Part shown: positions 24,275 through 34,044 of the stretch, one piece after another
Numbering within the stretch: position 1 is the first letter of the stretch
Layout of the letters: every line of letters starts with the position of its first letter
NCBI GenBank assembly: GCA_947457885.1
Contig: CANGXU010000002.1
Location: 548 to 64,547 of the forward strand
Source of the DNA: Betaproteobacteria bacterium
GTDB taxonomy: Bacteria; Pseudomonadota; Gammaproteobacteria; Burkholderiales; CAIKXV01
Direction of reading: 5' to 3'
Length of the DNA: 64,000 nucleotides
Notes under the pieces: generated by a model
Seen by the model: the letters and a program-made list of their open reading frames with translations, nothing else
Told to the model about the DNA's origin: nothing
Databases searched by the model: none
Translations under genes and position numbers: made by a program

Positions 24275-24301
24275 TCAAGTTGTGCATCGCGCTGCCGCTA
24301 A
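24275..24301 (+). promoter_or_regulatory. candidate sigma-28 (FliA) promoter for the che operon
   Basis: TCAAGTTG-N11-GCCGCTAA compared with TAAAGTTT-N11-GCCGATAA. The -10 element matches 7 of 8 positions and ends 25 nt upstream of the ATG at 24327. Confidence 0.5.
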
Positions 24302-24326
24302 CAGGTCCACTTGATCTGGAGGCACG

Positions 24327-25535
24327 ATGCATTCTTCGTCCGTTTCCCGGCCATTGTCCGGCTATCTGGCGGTGAGCCTGGTGTGCGCCGCCGTGGCCTG
24401 CGTGGCTCAGGCCGTGTGGCTGGTGGCGATGTCACTGCCCTGGCAGGCCTTGCCCGGCCTGCTGGCCCTGTTCGCCGTGTCGACCTCAATGCTGCTGCTT
24501 CGGGCTGGCGCCCCGGTGCCGGCGGATCACGCCATGGCCGAGGACGACGGTGGCAAGCTCGCCGGGACCCCCCTCGGGCAGGCACTCTCCGTCCACCGCG
24601 ACGCAATCGCCCGCGGCGTGCAGGCCGTCGGTGCAGACATCGGCCGGACCAGCGGATTGTTGCAGGAAGCCGTGACCAGCCTGACCGACAGTTTCAGCGG
24701 GATGCACGAACTGACGCAGGAGCAGCAGCGAATCACTCTGGCGATCACCGCTGGCAGCCCGAACGGCGATGCGACCGGCGAGCGGATCACCTTCGAGCGG
24801 TTCGTCGAGCACTCCTCTTCTGCGATGCAGGCACTGGTCCAGAACATACTCAACAACAGCCAGGTCGGCATGAAACTGGTCGGGCAGATGGAGACCGTCG
24901 ACAGCCAGATCAAGAGCGCCCTGTCGATCCTCGCCGAGGTCGAAGGCATTTCCAAGCAGACCAACCTGCTGGCCCTGAATGCGGCGATCGAAGCAGCGCG
25001 TGCCGGGGAGGCCGGGCGTGGTTTTGCGGTCGTCGCGGACGAGGTGCGCAAGCTCTCCGGACGTACCCACCATTTCAGCGATCAGATCCGCCAGGAGATC
25101 GGGCAGGTCTGCGAATCGCTGAACGAGGCCGAGAAGGCAATCCATTCGATGGCCTCGCAGGATATGACGTTCGCGCTGCATGCCAAGCGCGAGGCCGACG
25201 ACATGACGACGCAGGTGGCACAGATCAATGAAGAACTGGCACGCGCCATGGCGCGTACCTCCGAACTGGCAGGCGACATGGAAGCGCGCGTCGGCAAGGC
25301 GGTCACCGCGCTGCAGTTCCAGGACATTACCACGCAGCTTCTGGCGAACTGCCAGGGCCGGGTGGCGGTGGTCGAACATCTGTTCGAGGCGATCGGACGC
25401 GAATTCTCGGCTGTACCGGGCAGGCTGCCGGTGCAGGACGTGGTGGCAGAGCTGGTCTCGCGGACCGATGCGATGGAAGCGCGCAACCCGGTCGCCCAGA
25501 AGCAGATGGCTGGCGGCGACATTGATCTTTTCTGA
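24327..25535 (+). CDS. methyl-accepting chemotaxis protein, short form (2 TM, no obvious periplasmic sensor or HAMP)
   Basis: MCP signalling hairpin [37 protein letters not shown]. The N-terminus has two hydrophobic helices separated by only a few residues. Confidence 0.85.
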   Translation: MHSSSVSRPLSGYLAVSLVCAAVACVAQAVWLVAMSLPWQALPGLLALFAVSTSMLLLRAGAPVPADHAMAEDDGGKLAGTPLGQALSVHRDAIARGVQAVGADIGRTSGLLQEAVTSLTDSFSGMHELTQEQQRITLAITAGSPNGDATGERITFERFVEHSSSAMQALVQNILNNSQVGMKLVGQMETVDSQIKSALSILAEVEGISKQTNLLALNAAIEAARAGEAGRGFAVVADEVRKLSGRTHHFSDQIRQEIGQVCESLNEAEKAIHSMASQDMTFALHAKREADDMTTQVAQINEELARAMARTSELAGDMEARVGKAVTALQFQDITTQLLANCQGRVAVVEHLFEAIGREFSAVPGRLPVQDVVAELVSRTDAMEARNPVAQKQMAGGDIDLF

Positions 25536-25562
25536 GCAAGACTGGAGACGGGCAGAAACAAC

Positions 25563-25928
25563 ATGACGAAGATGATCCTTGCAGTGGACGATTCCGCATC
25601 GATCCGGCAGATGGTCGCGTTCACCCTGAAGAGCGCAGGGTATGACGTGATAGAGGCGGTCGACGGCCAGGACGGGCTGGAGAAGGCGAAGACGAAGGCG
25701 GTCAGCCTGGTGCTGACCGACCAGAACATGCCGAGGATGGATGGCATTTCGCTCGTCAAGGAGCTGCGCGCGCTTCCCCAGCACAAGAGCACGCCGATCC
25801 TGATGCTCACCACCGAGTCCAGCGACCAGATGAAGGCCCAGGGCAAGGCGGCGGGCGCGACCGGCTGGCTCGTCAAGCCCTTCGACCCGGCGAAGTTGCT
25901 GGAGGTCGTCACGAAGGTGATCGGCTGA
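25563..25928 (+). CDS. cheY: chemotaxis response regulator CheY
   Basis: Single REC domain of 121 aa: LAVDDSASIR, LVLTDQNMPRMDG, WLVKPF. Confidence 0.9.
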   Translation: MTKMILAVDDSASIRQMVAFTLKSAGYDVIEAVDGQDGLEKAKTKAVSLVLTDQNMPRMDGISLVKELRALPQHKSTPILMLTTESSDQMKAQGKAAGATGWLVKPFDPAKLLEVVTKVIG

Positions 25929-25981
25929 AGCGCGTACGCGCTCCGGACGTCTCGACCTCAAACCGACGACAGGAAAACCCG

Positions 25982-28276
25982 ATGTCGATAGACATGAGCC
26001 AGTTCTTCCAGGTGTTCTTCGAGGAATGCGCGGAACACCTCGCGAGCATGGAGAACCTGCTTCTCGAGCTCGATCCGTCCGATCCGGATCCCGAGCAGCT
26101 CAATGCGATCTTCCGCGCAGCCCACTCGATCAAGGGCGGTGCCGGGACGTTCGGTTTCACCGATATCGCGAACACCACGCACTCTCTGGAAACACTGCTC
26201 GACCGCCTGCGCAAGGAAGAGATCGCCTTGCAGCCGGAGATGATCGATGCATTCCTCCATGCCAAGGATGTGATCGCAGCCCAGCTTGCCGAGCGCAGGG
26301 GGGAGACGACCAGCGGACTCGATGGCGATGCGGCCGAGGTCGTGATGAAGTGGCTCGATGTGCTGGCAGGGGCCGATGGCCATTCGCCGGGCGATGCCAG
26401 CCCCGGACAGCTATCCCCACCGCCTGCGCCAGCAGCGCCGGATACGTCGCGTGCACCGCTCGCACGGTTCGACATCGTCGTGCATTCCAGTACGGTCGAG
26501 GAGGCCGCAATCGAGGGGTTGATCGGGGAACTGCGTTCGCTGGGCACGCTGGAAGTCACGTCCGAGCCGGATGGCAGCAATCCGCAGATGTCTCAGACGA
26601 CACCCCGTACCTGGCGCATGATCCTCACCGCCGCAGTGGCCGAAGCAGCCGTGCGGGACCTGTTCGAGTTCGTTGTTCCGCTCGAGGCTGTCGAGGTTGC
26701 GACCATGCTACCGGGCGACGTACCGCCTGCGTCCGATCTGCCCCAGTTGCCTGCCGCCGCGGAGGCAGCCTACGGTTTCTTCGACGACGACGAGTCAGGT
26801 CCTGCCATCGTCGGCAGCATGCCGGCGGTCAATGGCACCGCACAGCAGGACGAGGGCTTCGGCTTTTTCGACGATGCGCCCGGCGTGCCGGCGGCATCTG
26901 CCGCAGTCGAAGCTGCGACACAGGGTTTCGGTTTCTTCGACGATGCGCCAGGCGCGCCTGCGGCGGCCGCGTCCCATGCCGTTGCGGAAGCACAGGCAGC
27001 AGCCCCTGCGTCGGTCGGCCGGAGGGTGTCGGACCGGGCCGCGAACGCACCGATGCGCGCCGGGCGGCGGGCGACCGACAAGCAGGTGACGAGCGCAGGC
27101 GACAGTGCGTCGATCAGGGTCGGCGTCGAGAAGGTCGACATGTTGATGAACCTGGTCAGCGAACTGGTGATAACCCAGTCGATGCTGATGCAGTCGGCCA
27201 GCGTGATAGATCCGGTCGCAAACGAGCGCCTGCTCTCCGGGCTGGGCCTGCTCGGTCGCAATACGCGCGACCTGCAGGAAGCGGTGATGTCGATCCGGAT
27301 GTTGCCTATCTCGTTCGTGTTCAGCCGCTTCCCGCGCGTGGTACGCGACCTCGCGGGCAAGCTCGGCAAGCAGGTCGATCTGCGTACCCGCGGCGAGAGT
27401 GCGGAACTGGACAAGGGCCTGATCGAGAAGATCGCCGATCCGCTGACTCATCTCGTGCGCAACAGCCTGGACCACGGCATCGAGGCACCAGAGGTTCGCG
27501 TGGCCGCGGGCAAGCCGGCGACCGGCACGATCACCCTGAACGCGATGCATCAGGGCGGCAGCATCGTGATCGAGGTGAGCGACGATGGCGGTGGTCTCAG
27601 CCGCGAGCGGATCCTGCAGAAGGCGCGCGAGCGCGGCTTGCCGGCCAGCGATGCCATGACCGATGCGGAGGTGTGGCAGCTCATCTTCGAGCCGGGCTTT
27701 TCGACCGCCGATACGATCACCGACGTCTCCGGCCGCGGTGTCGGGATGGACGTGGTGAAGCGGAACATCGCCGAGATGAACGGCAGCGTGTCGATCGAAT
27801 CGAAGGCCGGCGAGGGTACGCGGATCGCGATCCGGCTGCCACTGACGATGGCTATTCTCGACGGGTTGTCTGTCAAGGTGGGCGGCAGCACGCTGATCCT
27901 GCCGTTGAACTCGATCGTGGAATCGATCCGGCCGAGCAAGGAAGCGATCCGTACCGTCGGTGGCCGGGCGCGGACCATCGCGGTGCGCGGCGAGTACCTG
28001 AACGTGATCGAACTGCGTCGCTTGTTCTGCGCAGCCGATGCGCCAGCGGCCGAGATGCCGGTGATGGTGATCGTCGATGCAGCGGGCCAGAAGGCGGCGC
28101 TGTGCGTGGATGAACTGCTGGGACAGCACCAGGTCGTGATCAAGAGCCTGGAGACGAACTACCGGAAGGTGAACGGGGTGTCGGGCGCAACCATCATGGG
28201 CGACGGAAGGGTGGCCCTGATCGTGGATGTACCCGGTGTGATGCGGACCGGAAACGGCTTTGCGCACGCGGCCTGA
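25982..28276 (+). CDS. cheA: chemotaxis histidine kinase CheA
   Basis: Hpt P1 motif [12 protein letters not shown], HATPase motifs ([27 protein letters not shown]) and a CheW-like P5 domain at the C-terminus. Confidence 0.95.
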   Translation: MSIDMSQFFQVFFEECAEHLASMENLLLELDPSDPDPEQLNAIFRAAHSIKGGAGTFGFTDIANTTHSLETLLDRLRKEEIALQPEMIDAFLHAKDVIAAQLAERRGETTSGLDGDAAEVVMKWLDVLAGADGHSPGDASPGQLSPPPAPAAPDTSRAPLARFDIVVHSSTVEEAAIEGLIGELRSLGTLEVTSEPDGSNPQMSQTTPRTWRMILTAAVAEAAVRDLFEFVVPLEAVEVATMLPGDVPPASDLPQLPAAAEAAYGFFDDDESGPAIVGSMPAVNGTAQQDEGFGFFDDAPGVPAASAAVEAATQGFGFFDDAPGAPAAAASHAVAEAQAAAPASVGRRVSDRAANAPMRAGRRATDKQVTSAGDSASIRVGVEKVDMLMNLVSELVITQSMLMQSASVIDPVANERLLSGLGLLGRNTRDLQEAVMSIRMLPISFVFSRFPRVVRDLAGKLGKQVDLRTRGESAELDKGLIEKIADPLTHLVRNSLDHGIEAPEVRVAAGKPATGTITLNAMHQGGSIVIEVSDDGGGLSRERILQKARERGLPASDAMTDAEVWQLIFEPGFSTADTITDVSGRGVGMDVVKRNIAEMNGSVSIESKAGEGTRIAIRLPLTMAILDGLSVKVGGSTLILPLNSIVESIRPSKEAIRTVGGRARTIAVRGEYLNVIELRRLFCAADAPAAEMPVMVIVDAAGQKAALCVDELLGQHQVVIKSLETNYRKVNGVSGATIMGDGRVALIVDVPGVMRTGNGFAHAA

Positions 28277-28352
28277 AGTTGCGCCGGACACCGACGCCGC
28301 GCCAGCGGCAGTTCCGGAGCAGAACATGATCGTACGAAACGGAGAAGTGCAG

Positions 28353-30404
28353 ATGAAGATGCAATCGATCAAGGTGGGTACCCGGCTTGGGGCGGGTTTC
28401 GGTCTTGTACTGGTGCTGTGCGTGGTACTCGCCTGGGTGGGTTATGCGAGCATGGGGAAGCAGGCGGTCCTGCTCGAGGCGATCGGCGGCAACATCCTGC
28501 CGAGCATCAAGATGCTCAGCGACATGCAGGGCAAGCAGGACCAGTACCGGCGCTGGGGGCTGCGCGCCACCTACAGTTCGACTGACGAGGGGCGAACCCA
28601 GGCGATGCAGGAGATGGTCAGCGCACGGGAAGCGCTGCTCAAGCTGACCGCTGTCTACCGGAAGGATGGTTTCCTGCTGGTCGGTACTGCCGAGGAGCCG
28701 CTGTTCAAGGTATACGAAGAGGCGCTGCAGGGCTACTTGAGGATGGAGGAGCAGAAGCTGCTGCCGCAACTGGCCAGCGGCGCGAAAGGCCGGATGGAGG
28801 CGGAGGCCGTCATGACCGCGGAGTCCTTCACGATGTTCGGCCTCGTTTCGAAGGCGCTGACGGACGTGATCGTGTACAACACGAAAATCTCCGATGAAGC
28901 CGTGGCCGCCGCGCACGCAGCGCACGACGAGGCGGTACGAACGCTCTCGTATGTGTTGATCGCGACACTGGTGATCGGTCTGCTGGCCGCGTGGCTCATC
29001 ACCCGCTCCGTCACCCATCCGTTGCGCAAGGCGGTTGCCGCCGCGGACGCGATCGCGGCCGGCGACCTGACGACCCGCATCGAAGTCGATGGGCGCGACG
29101 AAGCGGCCGCGCTGATGCAGTCGATGCAGGCGATGACCGGCGTCCTCGAAGCGCTGGTGTCCGCACAGGCCGAGATGGCAAAACAGCACGAAGAAGGCTG
29201 GATCGATCACAGGATTCAGGCAGATGCATTTCCGGGCACGTTCCGGCAGGTTGCGGAGTCGGTGAACGACCTGGTGGCCGCACACATCGCGGTCAAGTAC
29301 CGGGTCGTGGAAATCATCAGCGCCTACTCGAAGGGAGATCTCACGCCGAAGATGGACCGTTTGCCGGGAAAGAAGGCCGAGATCACGGTGGCGGTGGACG
29401 CGGTTCAGAGCAGCCTGGTCAACATCGTCGGGCAGATCAAGGAAGCGACCGAGTCGATCAACACCGCCGCGAAGGAGATCGCGCAGGGCAACACCGATCT
29501 CTCCCAGCGCACCGAGGAGCAGGCGTCGAGCCTCGAGGAGACCGCTTCCAGCATGGAAGAGCTGACATCGACGGTGAAGCAGAACAGCGAGAACGCGAAG
29601 CAGGCGAACCAGCTGGCGATCGGCGCCTCGGATGTCGCGGTACGCGGCGGCTCGGTCGTGGGCGAGGTAGTGCGTACGATGGACGAGATCACCACGGCGT
29701 CGAAGAAGATCTCCGACATCATCGGCGTGATCGACGGCATCGCTTTCCAGACCAACATCCTCGCGCTGAACGCGGCGGTGGAGGCGGCCCGTGCCGGCGA
29801 GCAGGGTCGGGGCTTCGCAGTGGTGGCGAGCGAGGTACGGAACCTGGCACAGCGCTCGGCCGCAGCAGCGCGCGAGATCAAGACGCTGATCGGCGACTCG
29901 GTACAGAAGGTCGAGAGCGGGTCGAAGCTGGTCGGCGAGGCTGGCAAGACCATTCAGGAGGTGGTGCATCAGGTCAAGCGCGTCACGGACATCATGGCGG
30001 AGATCTCTGCGGCTTCGATGGAGCAGAGCGCCGGCATCGAACAGGTGAGCACCGCTGTCACGCAGATGGACGAGGTGACGCAGCAGAACGCAGCACTGGT
30101 CGAAGAGGCGGCGGCTGCGGCCGAATCGCTGCAGGAACAGGCAGAGGTGCTGGCCGATACGGTGTCCGTGTTCCGGTTGTCCGAGGATGCAGCGCCGGCT
30201 GCCTACAGCGGTGCCGAGCGCCGCGGCCCGAATCGTGCCACGAACGTTTCGCGCCTGAAGCCGTCGGCACCGGCACCGGCACGGGCACCAGCACCGGTAC
30301 CTGCACCGGCACCGGCGTCAGAGGCTGTCCGGCCGGTGGACGCGGCGCCCCTGCCGCGACCCGCCAGGGCCGTGAACGCCGATGAATCGTGGGAAGAGTT
30401 CTGA
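28353..30404 (+). CDS. methyl-accepting chemotaxis protein (4HB-type sensor, HAMP, MA domain, C-terminal SWEEF pentapeptide)
   Basis: TM / periplasmic four-helix region / TM / HAMP ([18 protein letters not shown]), then the signalling domain [34 protein letters not shown]. Start ATG 28353 has a GGAGA RBS. Confidence 0.9.
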   Translation: MKMQSIKVGTRLGAGFGLVLVLCVVLAWVGYASMGKQAVLLEAIGGNILPSIKMLSDMQGKQDQYRRWGLRATYSSTDEGRTQAMQEMVSAREALLKLTAVYRKDGFLLVGTAEEPLFKVYEEALQGYLRMEEQKLLPQLASGAKGRMEAEAVMTAESFTMFGLVSKALTDVIVYNTKISDEAVAAAHAAHDEAVRTLSYVLIATLVIGLLAAWLITRSVTHPLRKAVAAADAIAAGDLTTRIEVDGRDEAAALMQSMQAMTGVLEALVSAQAEMAKQHEEGWIDHRIQADAFPGTFRQVAESVNDLVAAHIAVKYRVVEIISAYSKGDLTPKMDRLPGKKAEITVAVDAVQSSLVNIVGQIKEATESINTAAKEIAQGNTDLSQRTEEQASSLEETASSMEELTSTVKQNSENAKQANQLAIGASDVAVRGGSVVGEVVRTMDEITTASKKISDIIGVIDGIAFQTNILALNAAVEAARAGEQGRGFAVVASEVRNLAQRSAAAAREIKTLIGDSVQKVESGSKLVGEAGKTIQEVVHQVKRVTDIMAEISAASMEQSAGIEQVSTAVTQMDEVTQQNAALVEEAAAAAESLQEQAEVLADTVSVFRLSEDAAPAAYSGAERRGPNRATNVSRLKPSAPAPARAPAPVPAPAPASEAVRPVDAAPLPRPARAVNADESWEEF

Positions 30405-30429
30405 ACAACCGCATCCAGGAGAAACGCAT

Positions 30430-30954
30430 ATGAGCAACATCAATCGAGCACCCTCGGCAACCGGAGCAACCCCTGGCACTGCTCCGGTCCCCTCGGGTAC
30501 CAGCGAGTTCCTGACGTTCAAGCTCGGCGCTGAGGAGTACGGGGTCGAGATCCTGAAGGTGCAGGAGATCCGCGGCTACGACGCGGTCACCGCGATCGCC
30601 AATACGCCGGATTTCATCAAGGGTGTGATCAACCTGCGCGGCGTGATCGTCCCGATCGTGGATCTGCGCATCAAGTTCAGCCTGGGCAGCGTCACCTACG
30701 ACCCGTTCACCGTGGTGATCATCCTGAACATCGCCAGCCGTGTGATGGGTATCGTGGTCGACGGGGTGTCGGACGTGCAGGAACTGGACGGGTCGCAGAT
30801 CCGTCCGGCACCGGAGTTCGGCGCCGGCCTGGATACCGAGTACATCATCGGTCTGGGTACGGCGGGCGAGCGCATGCTGATCCTGGTGGACATCGAGCGC
30901 CTGATGACCAGCCGAGACATGGCCCTGATCGACGAGACAGCCTCGGTCCACTGA
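30430..30954 (+). CDS. cheW: chemotaxis coupling protein CheW
   Basis: [23 protein letters not shown]...[14 protein letters not shown] is typical of CheW. Confidence 0.9.
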   Translation: MSNINRAPSATGATPGTAPVPSGTSEFLTFKLGAEEYGVEILKVQEIRGYDAVTAIANTPDFIKGVINLRGVIVPIVDLRIKFSLGSVTYDPFTVVIILNIASRVMGIVVDGVSDVQELDGSQIRPAPEFGAGLDTEYIIGLGTAGERMLILVDIERLMTSRDMALIDETASVH

Positions 30955-30980
30955 GCGGTACGAAGGGCGAAGACAGAACC

Positions 30981-31865
30981 ATGCCGATTGCGCCATCACA
31001 CTCCACCGAGCCGGAAGCCGACTCGCATCCGGTGCGGAAGGAGTTTTCGTTCACCCGGGACGACTTCGAGCGTATCCGCCGGCTGATCTACGACCACGCC
31101 GGCATACAGCTCAACCCGGGCAAGATGGAAATGGTCTACAGTCGGCTGGCGCGTCGGCTGCGATCCAACAATCTATCCAGCTTTCGTGACTACCTGGGTC
31201 TGCTCGAGGGGCCGCGCGGCCCCGAGTGGGAAGCTTTCACCAATGCGCTGACCACGAATCTCACGGCGTTCTTCCGCGAAGCCCATCATTTCGTGGAACT
31301 CGAGAGGCTGATCCAGCGGGTGAGTGCGACGCGCGAGGTTTCGCTCTGGTGTTCTGCCTGCTCTACCGGCGAGGAAGCGTATTCGATGGCGATCAGCGCC
31401 ATCGAGGCCTGTGGAACCATGGCGCCACGGGTGAAGATCATCGCGAGCGATGTCGATACCGCCGTCCTTGCGAAGGCACAGGCAGGCGTCTACACGATGG
31501 ATCGGGTCGATCGGATGGCACCCGAGCGTCTCCGGCGCTTCTTCCTGCGCGGTTCCGGCGCGAACGAGGGGATGGTGCGGGTACGGCCCGAACTGGCGGC
31601 GCTCGTCCGTTTCGAGAAGGTCAACCTGCTCGATGCGCGCTATCCGGTCACCGGTCCGTTCGACGCGATCTTCTGCCGGAACGTGATGATCTATTTCGAC
31701 AAGCCCACGCAGCGCGGCATCCTGCAGCGGTTCGCGCCGCTGCTCAGGCCCGATGGCCTGTTGTTCGCCGGTCACTCCGAGAACTTCTACCATGCGGTCG
31801 ACCTGTTCCGGCTGCGGGCCAAGACGGTCTACGAACTGGCGCACGCCCGCGCGGAGACTGCATGA
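30981..31865 (+). CDS. cheR: chemotaxis protein methyltransferase CheR
   Basis: FFREAHHF, WCSACSTGEEAYSMA and IFCRNVMIYFD motifs. Confidence 0.9.
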   Translation: MPIAPSHSTEPEADSHPVRKEFSFTRDDFERIRRLIYDHAGIQLNPGKMEMVYSRLARRLRSNNLSSFRDYLGLLEGPRGPEWEAFTNALTTNLTAFFREAHHFVELERLIQRVSATREVSLWCSACSTGEEAYSMAISAIEACGTMAPRVKIIASDVDTAVLAKAQAGVYTMDRVDRMAPERLRRFFLRGSGANEGMVRVRPELAALVRFEKVNLLDARYPVTGPFDAIFCRNVMIYFDKPTQRGILQRFAPLLRPDGLLFAGHSENFYHAVDLFRLRAKTVYELAHARAETA

Positions 31866-32476
31866 GCCATGAGCGCCCCGAGACCATCGAAGGATTCGCG
31901 AAGACTCTGTACTTCGACCATACCTTCGAGGCCCCTGCCGCGAAACTCCTGCCGGGCGAGTTCTATGTCACCGGCAGCGACATGGTGCTGGTGACCGTGC
32001 TCGGGTCCTGCGTGGCCGCGTGCATCCGCGATCCCCAGACCGGCGTGGGGGGCATGAACCACTTCATGCTGCCCGAAGGCGGAAACGCCGATGAGGTCGC
32101 CAATGCGTCCGCCCGCTATGGCACATATGCGATGGAGGTGCTGATCAACACGATCCTGAAGCAGGGTGCACGCCGCTCCAGCCTGGAGGCCAAGGTGTTC
32201 GGCGGCGGCAATGTGCTCGAAGGGCTTACGGTGGCTAACGTCGGGCCGCGCAATGCGGCCTTCGTGCGCGCATTCCTGAGTACGGAAGGTATCCCGGTCA
32301 GGGCCCACGACCTGGAGGACATCTATCCGAGGAAGGTTTATTTCTTTCCGCGCACCGGGCGGGCCATGGTGCGCAAGCTGAAGACCGCCAACGACAAGGG
32401 CCTGATCGCACGTGAGCGCGAGTACAGCCGGCGCCTGGTTACCCGGCCTGCCAGCGGGGCGGTGGAGCTTTTCTGA
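31862..32476 (+). CDS. cheD: chemoreceptor glutamine deamidase CheD
   Basis: [25 protein letters not shown] and KVFGGGNV motifs. The ATG overlaps the cheR stop (ATGA). Confidence 0.9.
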   Translation: MSHERPETIEGFAKTLYFDHTFEAPAAKLLPGEFYVTGSDMVLVTVLGSCVAACIRDPQTGVGGMNHFMLPEGGNADEVANASARYGTYAMEVLINTILKQGARRSSLEAKVFGGGNVLEGLTVANVGPRNAAFVRAFLSTEGIPVRAHDLEDIYPRKVYFFPRTGRAMVRKLKTANDKGLIAREREYSRRLVTRPASGAVELF

Positions 32477-33591
32477 TGAATTCCGCGACGCCTTCTTTCC
32501 AGCCCGGGGTACGTTCCCGCATCCGTGTGGTCGTCATCGACGACTCCGCGCTGATCAGGCGCGTGCTGACCGAGATCATCAATTCACAGCCCGACATGGA
32601 AGTGGTGGCCCAGGCGCCGGATCCGCTCGTCGCACGTGAACAGATCCGGGCGCTCAACCCTGACGTGATCACGCTCGATGTCGAGATGCCCAGGATGGAC
32701 GGGCTGGCCTTCCTGGAAAAGCTGATGCGGTTGAAACCGACGCCGGTGGTGATGGTGTCGACACTGACCGAACGCGGGTCGGAGACGACGCTGCGCGCGC
32801 TGGAACTGGGCGCGGTCGATTTCGTCTCGAAGCCCCGGATCGATATCGTGCATGGCATGCAGGAATATGCTGGCGAGATCACCGACAAGATCCGTGCGGC
32901 TTCGGTCGCACGGGTGCGAAGGCTCGTGGGGCCGGCGTCCGAACCGGCCGGCGGCGCCGCAGACGCGCTGCCATCCCGACCGGTGTCCGGGTGGTCGACG
33001 GAGAAGCTGATCATCGTCGGTGCGTCGACCGGCGGCACCGAGGCCCTCCGCGAGTTGCTGGAGCCTCTGCCGCCGGACATCCCCGGCATCCTCATCGCAC
33101 AGCACATGCCGGAAGCGTTTACCCGCTCGTTCGCGCGCAGGCTCGACGGACTGTGCCGGATCACCGTCAAGGAAGCCGAGGACGGAGAGCGGGTGCTTCC
33201 GGGGCACGCCTACATTGCGCCCGGGCATTCGCATCTACTGTTGCGTAGAAGCGGCGCGAACTACATGACGACGCTGTCGCAGTCGGAGCCGGTCAATCGT
33301 CATCGCCCGTCGGTCGATGTCCTGTTCCGCTCCGCCGCGACACATGCCGGCCGCAACGCGATCGGGGTGATACTCACCGGCATGGGGCGCGACGGCGCGG
33401 CCGGGATGCGCGAGATGCGCGACGCCGGTGCCTGGAATATCGCGCAGGACGAGGAGAGTTGCGTCGTGTTCGGCATGCCGAAGGAAGCCATCAACGGCGG
33501 CGGGGTCGACGAGGTCCTGCCGCTGAAGTCGATCGCCCGCGCCGTCATCGGCCAGATCACCGCGAGCGGTGGTCGTCAGAACCGGGTCTGA
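32476..33591 (+). CDS. cheB: protein-glutamate methylesterase/deamidase CheB
   Basis: REC domain ([23 protein letters not shown]) plus methylesterase domain ([24 protein letters not shown]). Confidence 0.95.
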   Translation: MNSATPSFQPGVRSRIRVVVIDDSALIRRVLTEIINSQPDMEVVAQAPDPLVAREQIRALNPDVITLDVEMPRMDGLAFLEKLMRLKPTPVVMVSTLTERGSETTLRALELGAVDFVSKPRIDIVHGMQEYAGEITDKIRAASVARVRRLVGPASEPAGGAADALPSRPVSGWSTEKLIIVGASTGGTEALRELLEPLPPDIPGILIAQHMPEAFTRSFARRLDGLCRITVKEAEDGERVLPGHAYIAPGHSHLLLRRSGANYMTTLSQSEPVNRHRPSVDVLFRSAATHAGRNAIGVILTGMGRDGAAGMREMRDAGAWNIAQDEESCVVFGMPKEAINGGGVDEVLPLKSIARAVIGQITASGGRQNRV

Positions 33592-33675
33592 CCCCGGCCG
33601 CTCTACAGTCGTTATTCCATCGTCGATACCACCCGGCATCCGCCATCCTCTGCAGCATCGATCAAGGAGTTCTTC

Positions 33676-33981
33676 ATGCAGACCCGAGTCAGCGTCATCA
33701 ACGAACGTGTACGGATTTCGCTGTCCGGCCGTTTCGACTTCAACGCCCACCGCACGTTCAAGTCGGCCTATGAAGGCCAGATCGGCTCGAGCGAGGTCTC
33801 GGCGATCGAGATCGACCTCGGCAACGTCGACTACCTGGACAGCGCCGCGCTGGGCATGCTTCTGCTTCTTCGCGACCAGGCGAGCGGCGCCCACAAGACA
33901 GTGATCCTGAGCAACTGCCGCGGCGTGGTTCAGCAGATCCTCGACATCGCGAACTTCAAGAAGCTGTTCACGATCCAGTAG
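33676..33981 (+). CDS. STAS-domain anti-sigma-factor antagonist
   Basis: 101 aa. IDLGNVDYLDSAALGMLLLL resembles the SpoIIAA/RsbV phospho-Ser loop (DS..LG). Strong AAGGAG RBS. Confidence 0.8.
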   Translation: MQTRVSVINERVRISLSGRFDFNAHRTFKSAYEGQIGSSEVSAIEIDLGNVDYLDSAALGMLLLLRDQASGAHKTVILSNCRGVVQQILDIANFKKLFTIQ

Positions 33982-34044
33982 TCGGCACGGGCCGCGGCAA
34001 TGACTCCGATGCCGCCCGCCTGTCCTCACGAGGGTTGACCCAGG

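Noticed and set aside
26768-30320. Possible CRISPR-like or non-coding repeat arrays (CheA 41-nt repeats, MCP GCACCG repeats)
   Set aside because: Both lie inside well-supported reading frames and encode peptide repeats. There is no repeat-spacer periodicity and there are no cas genes in the window.
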